Assembly (NCBI GenBank): GCA_041653535.1
Contig: JBAZFH010000002.1
Location: 7,209 to 71,208 of the forward strand
Origin: Patescibacteria group bacterium
GTDB taxonomy: Bacteria > Patescibacteriota > Patescibacteriia > JACRDY01
Direction of reading: 5' to 3'
Length of the DNA stretch: 64,000 nt
Position numbers and translations under genes: made by a program. Positions 45,984 to 55,870 of this stretch are shown here, piece after piece; within the stretch, counting starts at the first letter, position 1; the number at the start of each line of letters is the position of its first letter. A model generated the notes under the pieces. It was given only the letters and a program-made list of their open reading frames with translations, did no database searches and was not told the DNA's origin.

Positions 45984-46691
45984 ATGGCGGGTAAAAATTT
46001 TCCTGTCGACGGCGAACTGTACAGGACCATTGATCGACGGATGATAGAGATTAAGCGTCAGCTTAATCAGGACGGTGGAAGTCCAATTGACCCCGAACGG
46101 GTGGCAGTAGATCTTCAAAAAATTATTGAATCTGCCGTCCAAGACAATCCGTGGCCGTTTGAACTGGTGACAGATTTCGGGTTGATCGTTGTGCCCGACA
46201 ACTACAATCACGCCACGCAATTAGCCAGCTTCCGATCAAAGTACCCGGAATTGTTTGGTAACCGTTCTCAAAATATGGTTGATTCTCGTTTCGCACTGGT
46301 TAGCCATGTTTTGCGACCAGGGGAAAAATTCTGGGTTTTGGGATTTAAAAATCTTAAAGCCTATCTTAGCCCCACAACCAACGAACAGCGTTTGGCTTTT
46401 ATTAAAAGTCAAGAAGGTTTTCTGGTTGGCGCCCAAGGTCTTACCCTAGTTTGGGAGCAACGGAGCCAACTGTTTTTACCTAGGCAACATTATGCGTCCT
46501 TGGACGTAAAAAAGGCCCTGCCGAGATTTCTTGGTCATGGCAGTAAAAGTCGTGCTGGCCACGGCACTATTGTGCCGATGTTGAATTTACTAGAAAAAGG
46601 CCAAACCGAGTTTGTGCCAATCACCTTTAATTGCAACCAGTACAGCTATTTCCTCGTTTTTTATCGGCGGCAGCCGTCATTAGACAAGTAG
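45984..46691 (+). CDS. hypothetical protein, GC-rich relative to surroundings
   Basis: Start ATG 45984 preceded by GGAGG RBS; hairpin-rich leader 45870-45960. Confidence 0.6.
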   Translation: MAGKNFPVDGELYRTIDRRMIEIKRQLNQDGGSPIDPERVAVDLQKIIESAVQDNPWPFELVTDFGLIVVPDNYNHATQLASFRSKYPELFGNRSQNMVDSRFALVSHVLRPGEKFWVLGFKNLKAYLSPTTNEQRLAFIKSQEGFLVGAQGLTLVWEQRSQLFLPRQHYASLDVKKALPRFLGHGSKSRAGHGTIVPMLNLLEKGQTEFVPITFNCNQYSYFLVFYRRQPSLDK

Positions 46692-46692
46692 A

Positions 46693-46820
46693 TAGCTCTC
46701 ACTACTCTTAGGTAATCAAGGGCGTTCGTTTAGTCGGACGCCCTATTTTTTATCCATAATATCGTTAATTTATAAAAACGATCATTAACTCACCACCCGC
46801 TACCCGCTACTAAAAAACCC
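46693..46820. repeat. decayed extra copy of cassette 1 right end (5' leader, ATG, 4 codons, stop, plus IR arm ACTCACCACCCGCTACCCGCTACTAAAAAACCC)
   Basis: CATAATATCGTTAATTTATAAAAACGATCATTAACTCACCAC matches the leader of the 45653 gene almost base for base. Confidence 0.45.
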
Positions 46821-46872
46821 TATTTTTTGATATAATTCTGATACTAATAAATACCACTTAAAAACCGATCTC

Positions 46873-47340
46873 ATGTTAATCCTCGGCATCGACCCTGGTT
46901 TTGCTGATACTGGCTGGGGTGTAATAGAAAAAAAAGGTAACGACCTAAGCTTGGTTGACTATGGGGTAATAAAAACCTCAACCAAACTTGATTTTATTGC
47001 TCGCCTGGAAATCATCCATCAGGACTTGACTAGAGTTATAAAAAAATTTAAGCCGGAGAAGGTCGCCGTCGAACAGCTTTTTTTTGCTAAAAACGTCAAA
47101 ACCGCTCTTCTTGTCGGTCAGGCTCGCGGCGTAGTGCTCCTTACTATCATGGAAGAAAAATTGCCGCTGCTGGAATATACTCCACTGCAAGTAAAGCAAG
47201 CGGTATGCTCCTACGGTCGGGCAGAAAAAACTCAAATCCAAAAAATGGTTAAGGTCTTGCTGCAGATGAAAGATATTCCACGTCCGGACGACGCTGCCGA
47301 CGCCTTGGCAATAGCCATTTGTTGCGCTAATAGCAACTAA
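46873..47340 (+). CDS. ruvC: crossover junction endodeoxyribonuclease RuvC
   Basis: LGIDPGFADTGWGVI... catalytic D/E residues conserved. Confidence 0.9.
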   Translation: MLILGIDPGFADTGWGVIEKKGNDLSLVDYGVIKTSTKLDFIARLEIIHQDLTRVIKKFKPEKVAVEQLFFAKNVKTALLVGQARGVVLLTIMEEKLPLLEYTPLQVKQAVCSYGRAEKTQIQKMVKVLLQMKDIPRPDDAADALAIAICCANSN

Positions 47341-47379
47341 AGAAAAAAACGCGTGTACTGCTGACACGCGTTTTATTTT

Positions 47380-47868
47380 TTATACCGGTAATCTGCCATT
47401 TTTTTCCAGTTTGGCTATGTCGTTTAAAAAAATCGCCGCCTCTTCAAGTGCCGCTGCCATTATTTCGTTTTGATGATAAGGAACTCGGTGTTCTTGATTA
47501 TGGTTAATACACGCCGGTTGAAGACCTCCTCCCTTAGGTCCTAGCCTTAAACGAATGTAAAGAGCAGCTCCTTCCGAGGTAGAAGACGAATCGATTTTAG
47601 TACTTATATCTAACCATAAAAAACCAGCATCTTCCTCGGTAATCTCGGTGGGGTCGAGAAGTTTTATCCCGGCGCCAGTCATTAATGTTTTGAAACAAAG
47701 AAAAACCTTTTCCTCTACATTACCGACCGACTTTTGTTCCCTTGTTAAAATAAACGAATATTGATGCTTTACTGTGTTTTTGATGAAAAAGTACATTAGT
47801 TGCCACCTGAATGAAAAGGTAATAACAACTAAAAAAGCCATAATCACAAACAAAGAAGTCAGCAGCAT
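47380..47868 (-). CDS. hypothetical membrane-anchored protein
   Basis: N-terminal TM helix, 162 aa. Confidence 0.5.
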   Translation of the reverse strand: MLLTSLFVIMAFLVVITFSFRWQLMYFFIKNTVKHQYSFILTREQKSVGNVEEKVFLCFKTLMTGAGIKLLDPTEITEEDAGFLWLDISTKIDSSSTSEGAALYIRLRLGPKGGGLQPACINHNQEHRVPYHQNEIMAAALEEAAIFLNDIAKLEKNGRLPV

Positions 47869-48005
47869 TATCGTTTCTCCTTTAGTTCTTTAGAGTTGAG
47901 ATAACTTTTCATTTAAAGTGCCAGCTTAATACAGTTTATATTTTATTGGTCTTTTGTCAACCTATTGGAAAAAAAACAAAAAATCACTATAATGTAAACC
48001 AGTAT

Positions 48006-50591
48006 ATGAGTTTACCTAATAATATAAAATCTAGAAAAGACTTTAGAAAACGATCCTCTTTTTTTGGTCGCTTTTTTAAAAAGTCCAGAGAAATGCGTCT
48101 TTCCCGGCTTTCTTATATCCAGCACCACCGCCAAAAGAGAATAAAGCTGCTATTTAACTATGTTGTTAGCCTGGGAATAGTCGTTTTCCTTTTTGGCGCA
48201 CTTTTTGCATTGATTGTCTTTGCTTGGACTACTCGCGACCTACCCGATCCAAATAAACTACAAGAAAGAAGTGTTAAACAAAGTACCACTATCTATGATC
48301 GGGAGGGAAAAACCATTCTTTATCAGCTTCACGGTGATGTAAACAGAAAACTAATTAAATTGGAGGAGCTGCCGAAGTATATGATTAACGCCACCATCAC
48401 CGCTGAAGACAGGGAGTTTTATCAGCACAAAGGATTCTCTATTCGCGGCATCATCAGATCTTTTATTTCTAATATTTTTAGCGATACTCGGATCGGCGGA
48501 TCCACCATCACTCAACAGTTTGTTAAAAATGCAATTTTAACCACGGAAAAAACTTATACTAGAAAATTAAAAGAGGTTATCTTGGCGTATCGTATTGAAA
48601 ATAAATTTTCAAAAGATGAAATATTACAAATGTACTTTAACGAAATTCCTTACGGCTCTGTGGTTTATGGTATTGAGGCCGCTAGTGAAAGCTATCTTGG
48701 CAAATCAGCCAAGGATTTATCCTTAGCACAGGCTGCCGTTCTGGCCGCTATGCCCCAACGACCGACGTATTTTTCTCCTTATGGTACTAATATTGACAAA
48801 CTGATGGAACGACAACGATATATTCTTAATGAAATGGTTGATCTGGGCTATATCACAGAACAAGAAGCCGAAACTGCAAAAGCCGAAAAAATAGAATTTC
48901 GACCTCGTTCGGAAAAAATGCTTGCACCACATTTTGTTATGTATGTAAGAGAATTACTAGCTGAACAATTTGGGGAGCGTTATGCCGAAGAAGCAGGATT
49001 GAAAGTTACCACTACTTTAGAAAAAAATTATCAAGAAGCGGCGGAAAAGGCCATTGCCGACCACATAGAAAGCAACCGTACAAAGTATAACGCCAACAAT
49101 GCGTCGCTAATAGCATTAGATACAAAAACAGGACAAATAATGGCGATGGTGGGGTCAGCTGACTACTTCAATGAAGAAATCGACGGCCAAGTAAACGTCG
49201 CTTTGCGCCCACGGCAACCAGGCTCATCTTTCAAACCTCTGGCTTATGCTACAGCTTTTAATAACGGCTATACTGCTGATACCATACTTTTTGACGTAGA
49301 AACAACCTTCAAAACCGACACTGCCGACTACGCGCCAAAAAACTACGACCTAAAAGAGCACGGTCCGGTCACGATGAAAAAAGCGTTGGCAGGATCTCTC
49401 AATATACCCGCGGTAAAAACTTTGTATCTCGCCGGAGTTGATCGTGTTTTAGATTTTGCTGAAAGTATGGGCTACTCGACTCTACGCGATCGCAGTCGCT
49501 TTGGACTGTCTTTAGTTCTTGGTGGTGGTGAAGTAAAGCTGTTAGAGCACACCGCCGGCTATGCCACGTTTGCTCGCGAAGGAGTTTATCAAAAACCTTT
49601 GGCTATTTTAAAAATAGAAGATCCTGACGGCAAAATTTTGTATGAATACAAAGAAGATGAAAACAAGGGTCAGGAAGTAGTAAAGCCGGAACCAATCAGA
49701 ATTTTGAACGATATTTTATCGGATAATTCTGCCCGTGCCTACATCTTTGGTGAAAAAAATTATTTAACTTTATCTAACCGACAGGTGGCGGCGAAAACCG
49801 GGACTACTAATGATTACCGCGATGCCTGGACGATGGGTTACACTCCCTCCCTAGCTACTGGCGTCTGGGTAGGAAATAATGACAACTCGGAAATGAAACG
49901 CGGCGCTGACGGTTCGGTTGTTGCCGCTCCGATCTGGAACCAGTTTATGAATTCTGTCTTATCTGGTAAACCGGCTGAGAGCTTTAACCCTCCTCCGGAA
50001 AACACCTCCACCAAACCAGTGCTGCGAGGCGCGCTAGCCGGACTACAGCCGGTAAAAATAGACCGCTTGACCGGTAAACTGGCAACCGAACTAACACCGG
50101 CTGATCAGATTTCTGAAAAAATCTTTACCCAGTTTCATTGTATTCTATACTACGTTAACAAAGATGATCCGCAGGGTCCATCGCCGGTTGACCCTTTCGC
50201 CGACCCGCAATATGCTTCTTGGGAAGACGGAGTACAAGCCTGGGTTAAAAGACAGGGTTATAGCCAGAGCCAAGAAACTCCACCCACTGAATATGACGAC
50301 TTGCACACCTCTGCTAATAAACCAACTCTAGTTATGGTTTCTCCAGCTAACGGCGCAACAATTAATAGTAAAAATTTAATCGTTAATATTGCCGCCTCAG
50401 CTCCTCGAGGGGTAAAGAAAGCAGAATTTTTTCTCGATAATAAACCAATCGGCACCACTACCTCCGATCCGTGGACTTTAAGCACCCAACTTAGCAATAT
50501 TGAATCAGGGATTCATACTTTATCGGTAAAAATTTCTGACGATGTCGGCAACTCAGAAACAAAATCACTTGAACTAAACTTTTTATTGTAG
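48006..50591 (+). CDS. class A penicillin-binding protein (PBP1A: GT51 transglycosylase + transpeptidase)
   Basis: GT51 EDREFYQHKG; TPase SSFKP, SxN, KTGTT motifs; start moved to first ATG (ORF track starts at TTG 47946) downstream of TATAAT at ~47983. Confidence 0.9.
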   Translation: MSLPNNIKSRKDFRKRSSFFGRFFKKSREMRLSRLSYIQHHRQKRIKLLFNYVVSLGIVVFLFGALFALIVFAWTTRDLPDPNKLQERSVKQSTTIYDREGKTILYQLHGDVNRKLIKLEELPKYMINATITAEDREFYQHKGFSIRGIIRSFISNIFSDTRIGGSTITQQFVKNAILTTEKTYTRKLKEVILAYRIENKFSKDEILQMYFNEIPYGSVVYGIEAASESYLGKSAKDLSLAQAAVLAAMPQRPTYFSPYGTNIDKLMERQRYILNEMVDLGYITEQEAETAKAEKIEFRPRSEKMLAPHFVMYVRELLAEQFGERYAEEAGLKVTTTLEKNYQEAAEKAIADHIESNRTKYNANNASLIALDTKTGQIMAMVGSADYFNEEIDGQVNVALRPRQPGSSFKPLAYATAFNNGYTADTILFDVETTFKTDTADYAPKNYDLKEHGPVTMKKALAGSLNIPAVKTLYLAGVDRVLDFAESMGYSTLRDRSRFGLSLVLGGGEVKLLEHTAGYATFAREGVYQKPLAILKIEDPDGKILYEYKEDENKGQEVVKPEPIRILNDILSDNSARAYIFGEKNYLTLSNRQVAAKTGTTNDYRDAWTMGYTPSLATGVWVGNNDNSEMKRGADGSVVAAPIWNQFMNSVLSGKPAESFNPPPENTSTKPVLRGALAGLQPVKIDRLTGKLATELTPADQISEKIFTQFHCILYYVNKDDPQGPSPVDPFADPQYASWEDGVQAWVKRQGYSQSQETPPTEYDDLHTSANKPTLVMVSPANGATINSKNLIVNIAASAPRGVKKAEFFLDNKPIGTTTSDPWTLSTQLSNIESGIHTLSVKISDDVGNSETKSLELNFLL

Positions 50592-50599
50592 CCATTACA

Positions 50600-51622
50600 A
50601 TGAATAATAAAATAAAAAAACTTCTATTCGAAACTGAATATCTAACTGGCGGCTATCATATGCCGCCTGAATTTTTGAGTTTAATTATTACCTTCCGCTG
50701 CAATTTTCGGTGTCCGTCTTGTTCTATCTGGCAAAAGCAATCTTTTGACGACGAACTAACGGAAGTTGAATGGTTGTCAGCAGCGGAAAATATAAAAAAG
50801 ACTTTAAAGCCAAACGCTTTTGTCGAGATTAATGGTGGTGAGCCTTTAATCCGAAAAAATCTGACTATAAAAATAATTCAAGAACTAAAAAAATATTTTA
50901 AATCAGTGGCTCTAAATTCTAATGGATTATTAATCAACCAAGAAACGGTTAAAGAACTAGAAAACGCCGGTCTTGATATACTAAAAATCTCTTTTTATAG
51001 TCTAGACCAAGAAACTCACAATAATCTGCGCGGTACGAGCACTGCTTACGACAGCGCCCTAAAGGCAATCAAACTAATGAGTGCCAGTAAGATCAAACTA
51101 GAAGTCGGTGTTTTGGTCACCTCACACAACATAGAAGACCTACCACGGCTCGTGGAGCGCCTCCAGGAAACGCCAAACACAACTATTGTCATCCAACCAC
51201 TAGATGAGAGTGTTGAGTTGCTAGAAGCAAAGAATAATCCCAAAACAACTGCTATAAATGATGGCTTATGGCCAGCACCAGAAGTAGTTCAAAAAACTTT
51301 TTCTTGGCTATCAAAAAACAATCACAACATAAAAAACTCTGTTTTAAGTTTGCAAGCTATAAGAAACTATTATCTTGATCGGGCGAGTGCTCTGCGCTAC
51401 CGCTGTTTTGCCGGACAACGAAACCTGGTCATATATCCCAACGGAGAAATTACTTTCTGCTTTAAACGCGGAAGTGTCGGTAATATAAAAAACAAACCTC
51501 TTAACACGACTCTAAAAGGGGCTAAAAAAGAACGTTTGGCTATTAAAAAATGTCCAAAATATTGTCGGATAATTGGCTGCAACTTTTCTCGCGGCATAAA
51601 GGAGTTATTTATAAAAAAATAG
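50600..51622 (+). CDS. radical SAM / SPASM-like enzyme, co-oriented 8 nt after PBP1A
   Basis: CNFRCPSC (CX3CX2C); C-terminal Cys pattern C...C..C...C (CFAGQ...CFKRG...CPKYCRIIGC). Confidence 0.85.
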   Translation: MNNKIKKLLFETEYLTGGYHMPPEFLSLIITFRCNFRCPSCSIWQKQSFDDELTEVEWLSAAENIKKTLKPNAFVEINGGEPLIRKNLTIKIIQELKKYFKSVALNSNGLLINQETVKELENAGLDILKISFYSLDQETHNNLRGTSTAYDSALKAIKLMSASKIKLEVGVLVTSHNIEDLPRLVERLQETPNTTIVIQPLDESVELLEAKNNPKTTAINDGLWPAPEVVQKTFSWLSKNNHNIKNSVLSLQAIRNYYLDRASALRYRCFAGQRNLVIYPNGEITFCFKRGSVGNIKNKPLNTTLKGAKKERLAIKKCPKYCRIIGCNFSRGIKELFIKK

Positions 51623-51633
51623 CTTTAACAAAA

Positions 51634-51661
51634 ACACCCCCTGCGATAAGGGGTGTTTTTA
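51634..51661. terminator. bidirectional intrinsic terminator (ACACCCCCTGCGATAAGGGGTGT flanked by A-run and T-run)
   Basis: Serves the convergent rSAM (+) and GerMN lipoprotein (-) genes. Confidence 0.7.
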
Positions 51662-51677
51662 TATACTTTTTGTATTT

Positions 51678-52253
51678 TTAAAACTTAAATTCTTTGCCAT
51701 TAACAGTCACGACAACCATTTCAACTTTTTTAGATAGTTGCTCTTCTGCTGCATATTTTGCCGTCATAACAATCTGCTGTTTAGCCTGTCTTGCTTCACA
51801 ACTTCCCGCGACCAGATTGCTAATGTTGCCAGAAAAATCTAGCACAATTTTTTCGTCTTCAATCACGACTTTGTTTAAAATTGTCCCTTCTGGGATACTA
51901 GAATAATACCCGGCGCTTTTCCATTTTTCCGTCGGTCCGGCAAGAAGCAGCTTGATATTGTTCTCAACCGGATTTTCTCCCACGCCGCTAATGTGAACCC
52001 AGTAAACAGTGCTGCAGTTCTTTTTATCTGGATCATATTTAGCGCTGCCGAAAAAAATATTGTTATATTTTATTACCGCCTTTACTTCTGCGCCGGTTTT
52101 TTCAACTGGCATTGTTTGGTTGTTATTTTCGTCTAGTGTATTTAAATTATCTTCACCACCAAACTTTCCTTTAAGTGCTTCACTTAAATTTGAACAGCCA
52201 ACTAAAACAAAAGATAAAGCAACGACAACTAACAAAACTCTTGTTTTTTTCAT
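51678..52253 (-). CDS. GerMN-domain lipoprotein
   Basis: Lipobox LVGC; GerMN-like core ...LLLAGPTEKW...VVVTVNG. Confidence 0.65.
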   Translation of the reverse strand: MKKTRVLLVVVALSFVLVGCSNLSEALKGKFGGEDNLNTLDENNNQTMPVEKTGAEVKAVIKYNNIFFGSAKYDPDKKNCSTVYWVHISGVGENPVENNIKLLLAGPTEKWKSAGYYSSIPEGTILNKVVIEDEKIVLDFSGNISNLVAGSCEARQAKQQIVMTAKYAAEEQLSKKVEMVVVTVNGKEFKF

Positions 52254-52341
52254 ACTTTTAAAAATTTATTAATTTCTTTTTGACTCTTTTAATAATACAA
52301 CTTTCAAGGCTTTTTTCAACCTTGTGGGGAATAGAAAACAT

Positions 52342-53505
52342 TTATTGTTTTATTGGCATTATTAAATAAAGATAGTCTCTATCCACTCCTTCTTGCGCTG
52401 AAGCTAGTACTGGTTTTATTATCACCGGAGTATTATTATCTGTCACTTCAACTAAAGCTTCGGAAGTATTAATCGCTGTTAACCCATCAAGTAAATAACG
52501 GTAATTAAGAACAACTTCATTTTGTTCTCCATTAATATTTGCTTCCAAAGAAGAAGTATTTTCTCCAATCTGCGCGTTAATAGAAGAAATTATTAGCTCT
52601 GCCTCTGGTTTTAATTGCAAAGAAATGTCATTTATACCGGATTTTACAAACAAACTTGCTGACTTAACTGCTTTTGTTAAATCGTCCGTATGAATAATCA
52701 TTTGAGTTTTATAGCTATTTGGTATTATGGCCGAATAATTTGGGTACTGCCCTTCAATCACGCGTGATATTAACTCTATATTATTATAAACAAAAAGTAT
52801 TTGATTTTCGTTTAAATAAATATCTAAAAAATCTTCCTCTCCACCATCGTTGTCTTTTTCTTTGTTAATTACTGACAATATTCTTTGTATTTCTTGCAGT
52901 GTTTTGGTTGGCAAAACCACTTTTTTTTCTTTATTCTCTTCGCTAATTTTAGATAAATTTATTTTCTTTTCAGCTAAACGATAACTATCTGTTGCCGCCA
53001 TAATTAATTTTTTGTTTTCATTGTCAAAATACATAAACACGCCTGATATTTCTGGTCGCGCTTCGGATATGGCTGTAGCAAAAACAACTTGCTGAATACC
53101 TCTAAGAAATTCATTTGGTTTTATAGAATAAGGTATGGTTTTTTTTATTTGAGGGATGAGCGGAAATTCTGAAGCAGCTTCTCCTTTTATCGTTGTTTGA
53201 TGATTGCTGCAATTAATTTTTATTTGATCTTCTTTTAACTCAAGATCAATTTTTTCTCTGGGTAGTAAATTAATATAATCCGCTAATACGCGCGCCGGTA
53301 AGGTAAATTCTCCGTTTTCCTCCACCTTACCACGAACAAAACAAGTTACGCCTATTTCTAAATTTGTGGTGGAAATTTTTATCAAACCATCCTCCGCCTT
53401 AATTAAAATATTATTTAATATTGGAAGATTAACATTTTTAGTAGCAATATGACTTGCTATTAAAAGACCTTGATTAAAATTTTCTTGGGTACAGGAAAAT
53501 TTCAT
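52342..53505 (-). CDS. dnaN: DNA polymerase III beta sliding clamp
   Basis: Three-domain clamp, canonical N-terminus MKFSCTQENFNQGLLIASHI. Confidence 0.9.
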   Translation of the reverse strand: MKFSCTQENFNQGLLIASHIATKNVNLPILNNILIKAEDGLIKISTTNLEIGVTCFVRGKVEENGEFTLPARVLADYINLLPREKIDLELKEDQIKINCSNHQTTIKGEAASEFPLIPQIKKTIPYSIKPNEFLRGIQQVVFATAISEARPEISGVFMYFDNENKKLIMAATDSYRLAEKKINLSKISEENKEKKVVLPTKTLQEIQRILSVINKEKDNDGGEEDFLDIYLNENQILFVYNNIELISRVIEGQYPNYSAIIPNSYKTQMIIHTDDLTKAVKSASLFVKSGINDISLQLKPEAELIISSINAQIGENTSSLEANINGEQNEVVLNYRYLLDGLTAINTSEALVEVTDNNTPVIIKPVLASAQEGVDRDYLYLIMPIKQ

Positions 53506-53769
53506 AAAATGTATTTTAATTATATTATATTAAAATATAATAAGTAATAATAATAAGGGGTGTGGACGGAGTGGAAAAGTGCTTTTAAAACAGCTAGGAC
53601 AAGTAGTTTTCTTTTTATTTTTGTGAATAACTTTTGTAAAAACTGCAGGTCTTGCTGTGAACAACTTTAAAGTTAAAAACCGCTTGAGAAAAAAATTGTT
53701 GAAAAACAGTTTATAACTTCTTTGGTTATATATAGTCTTTTAACAACTAATCAACAAGTTATTCAATTT
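53506..53769. promoter_or_regulatory. dnaA-dnaN intergenic region: AT-rich stretch plus DnaA-box-like 9-mers (TGTGAATAA, GTGTGGACG)
   Basis: ATTATATTATATTAAAATATAATAAGTAATAATAATAA is a candidate DNA-unwinding element. Confidence 0.4.
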
Positions 53770-55194
53770 TTAATTGTAAAGACGTTGTTTGATCATGCTT
53801 ACATCCTGTCTGATTTTTTCATCATTTTCTGCTTCCCTGGAAATTTTGGCATAAGCGTGCATAGCAGTGGTGTGGTCTCGACCGCCCATTTCTTGTCCAA
53901 TACCAGGAAAAGAAGATTTTAACTCTTCCCGCATTAAATACATAGCAATTTGTCTTGGCACCACTAATTTTTTTTCCCGGCAAGCGCCAACCAGATCAGT
54001 TAAAGTAATATCAAAAAAATCACAAATTGTTGTTAAAATGGTTTTAGCTGTTATAGCCTTTTTCTTTGAGCCGTTAGTGGTCCAGGAGGTTAAAGATTTT
54101 TTTACATTGTCTAAGCTAGGCATCATTTTATGCACTTCTACAAGGGCTAAAATCTTGTTTAAAGCGCCTTCTAGCTCACGAATATTACTCGCGACATTGT
54201 TGGCAATATAATGTAATACGTCGCTTTCTAGTTGAATGTTTTTTTCCCGGCACTTATTTTCTAAAATTGCCAAACGCATTTCGAAATCAGGAGTACCAAT
54301 ATCAGTGATAAGCCCCCATTCAAAACGAGAAATTAATCTTTCTTCTAGCGCTGGGATGGCTTTAGGCGGGCGGTCAGAAGTAACAACAATTTGTTTGTTT
54401 TCTTGGTGTAAGGCGTTAAAAGTATGAAAAAATTCTTCTTGAGTACCTTCTTTACCCGCTAAAAACTGGACGTCATCGATTAAAAGTAAATCAGGCGTAC
54501 GATAAAAACGTTTAAAATCGTCCACCGTGCCGCTTTGGATTGATTTAATAAAATCGTTAGTAAATTTTTCACAATTAACATAAAGAATTTTTTTATTTGC
54601 CGCGCTTTCTAATACACGATGACCAATAGCTTGCATTAAATGCGTTTTTCCTAAACCCACTCCCCCATAAATAAACAATGGATTATAGGTGCGACCCGGC
54701 GCTTTTGCCACAGCCATGGCAGCAGCGTTGGCGAGTTCGTTGGTTTTACCAACAACAAAGCTGTTGAAAGTATAGCGTGGATTAAGACCGAATTTGTTTG
54801 CTTTAAGATCGTTGGCTACCGGCACCGCCATTCTTGTTTCGAAACTTTTTTCTTCAAAAACCGTTTTATCTTCATCTTTTGTTTCTTCAAGGGATTTTTC
54901 TCCGTCGGAATTATTAGCGCTAAATAGGTCTTGAGCTGTCGGCTTATAAGAGGAAACGCGAAACTCTATCTTTTTTACTTTGCCTTCAGTAATTTTATCT
55001 AAACTTTTAATAATGTTGCTATAAAATTTTTGTTCCAACCATGTTTTGGTAAAAGCATTAGGGACGCCGATAACTAAGGCATTGTCGTTTTTTTCTAAAA
55101 CAAAAGTTTTTTTAAACCAAGTAGAAAAACTTCCTTTCGTTAGCGTTAGTTCAAGCTCTCCTAGTACTGTTTGCCAAAGTTGTTGGTTAGTCAT
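53770..55194 (-). CDS. dnaA: chromosomal replication initiator DnaA
   Basis: Walker A GGVGLGKTHLMQAIGH, sensor and box VII, C-terminal DNA-binding domain. Confidence 0.95.
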   Translation of the reverse strand: MTNQQLWQTVLGELELTLTKGSFSTWFKKTFVLEKNDNALVIGVPNAFTKTWLEQKFYSNIIKSLDKITEGKVKKIEFRVSSYKPTAQDLFSANNSDGEKSLEETKDEDKTVFEEKSFETRMAVPVANDLKANKFGLNPRYTFNSFVVGKTNELANAAAMAVAKAPGRTYNPLFIYGGVGLGKTHLMQAIGHRVLESAANKKILYVNCEKFTNDFIKSIQSGTVDDFKRFYRTPDLLLIDDVQFLAGKEGTQEEFFHTFNALHQENKQIVVTSDRPPKAIPALEERLISRFEWGLITDIGTPDFEMRLAILENKCREKNIQLESDVLHYIANNVASNIRELEGALNKILALVEVHKMMPSLDNVKKSLTSWTTNGSKKKAITAKTILTTICDFFDITLTDLVGACREKKLVVPRQIAMYLMREELKSSFPGIGQEMGGRDHTTAMHAYAKISREAENDEKIRQDVSMIKQRLYN

Positions 55195-55677
55195 AATATT
55201 AGGCCCTTTTAAATTATCCGCCAGCAGCGGATGAATAAATTTTGATTTAGATTTTTGTTTAGAGTGATGTTATTTTAGCACATTATCCACAACCAAAGAA
55301 TGGTCAAAAAATAGTAAATGTTAATTAACTGTGCACTAGCTGGGGAAACATCTGATTTGTACTATGTCGCCCAATATTTATAGGGTTGTCGGCGATTTTG
55401 GCTATTCACGCTGACTCCTAAAAAGGAACCATAGAAAAGGAGTCGTAGCATTTAAAATAATTAAAAAAGTGTTTAAAATTAGACAAATAATGTGCTTGGT
55501 GCTGTTTTTTTCAGCAAACGAGCGGTTTGGCCAGATTTTGATAATAGGTGTATTTTAAAATATATTTAATTTTAGACAAATTTCATTTTTCTTGTTTTTC
55601 AAGAGTTTGATCTTTTGGGGGTTTGGTGTTAGTATTAGGCTATTACTTGTATAAAACATTTAAAATTTACCTAAATT
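55195..55677. promoter_or_regulatory. dnaA/rpmH divergent intergenic region with perfect DnaA box TTATCCACA (~55288) and near-match TTATCCGCC (~55213)
   Basis: Classic oriC/dnaA-promoter location. Confidence 0.45.
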
Positions 55678-55815
55678 ATGCCAAAAAGAACATTTCAGCC
55701 GAAAAAGGCTCATAAAGCGAAAAAACATGGTTTTCGCTCTCGAATGGAAACCAAGGATGGTCGCAAGGTGTTAAAGCGCCGACGCGCCAAAGGCCGCAAA
55801 AAATTGACTGTCTAA
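55678..55815 (+). CDS. rpmH: 50S ribosomal protein L34
   Basis: [45 protein letters not shown]; not in ORF track (below length cut-off). Confidence 0.85.
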   Translation: MPKRTFQPKKAHKAKKHGFRSRMETKDGRKVLKRRRAKGRKKLTV

Positions 55816-55827
55816 AAACTCTTAAAG

Positions 55828-55848
55828 CCCCCTCTTTGTGGGGGTTTT
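55828..55848 (+). terminator. terminator/attenuator hairpin CCCCCTCTTTGTGGGGG plus TTTT between rpmH and rnpA
   Basis: Seen directly in sequence. Confidence 0.5.
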
Positions 55849-55870
55849 AAAATAGTTGTAGAATATACGT

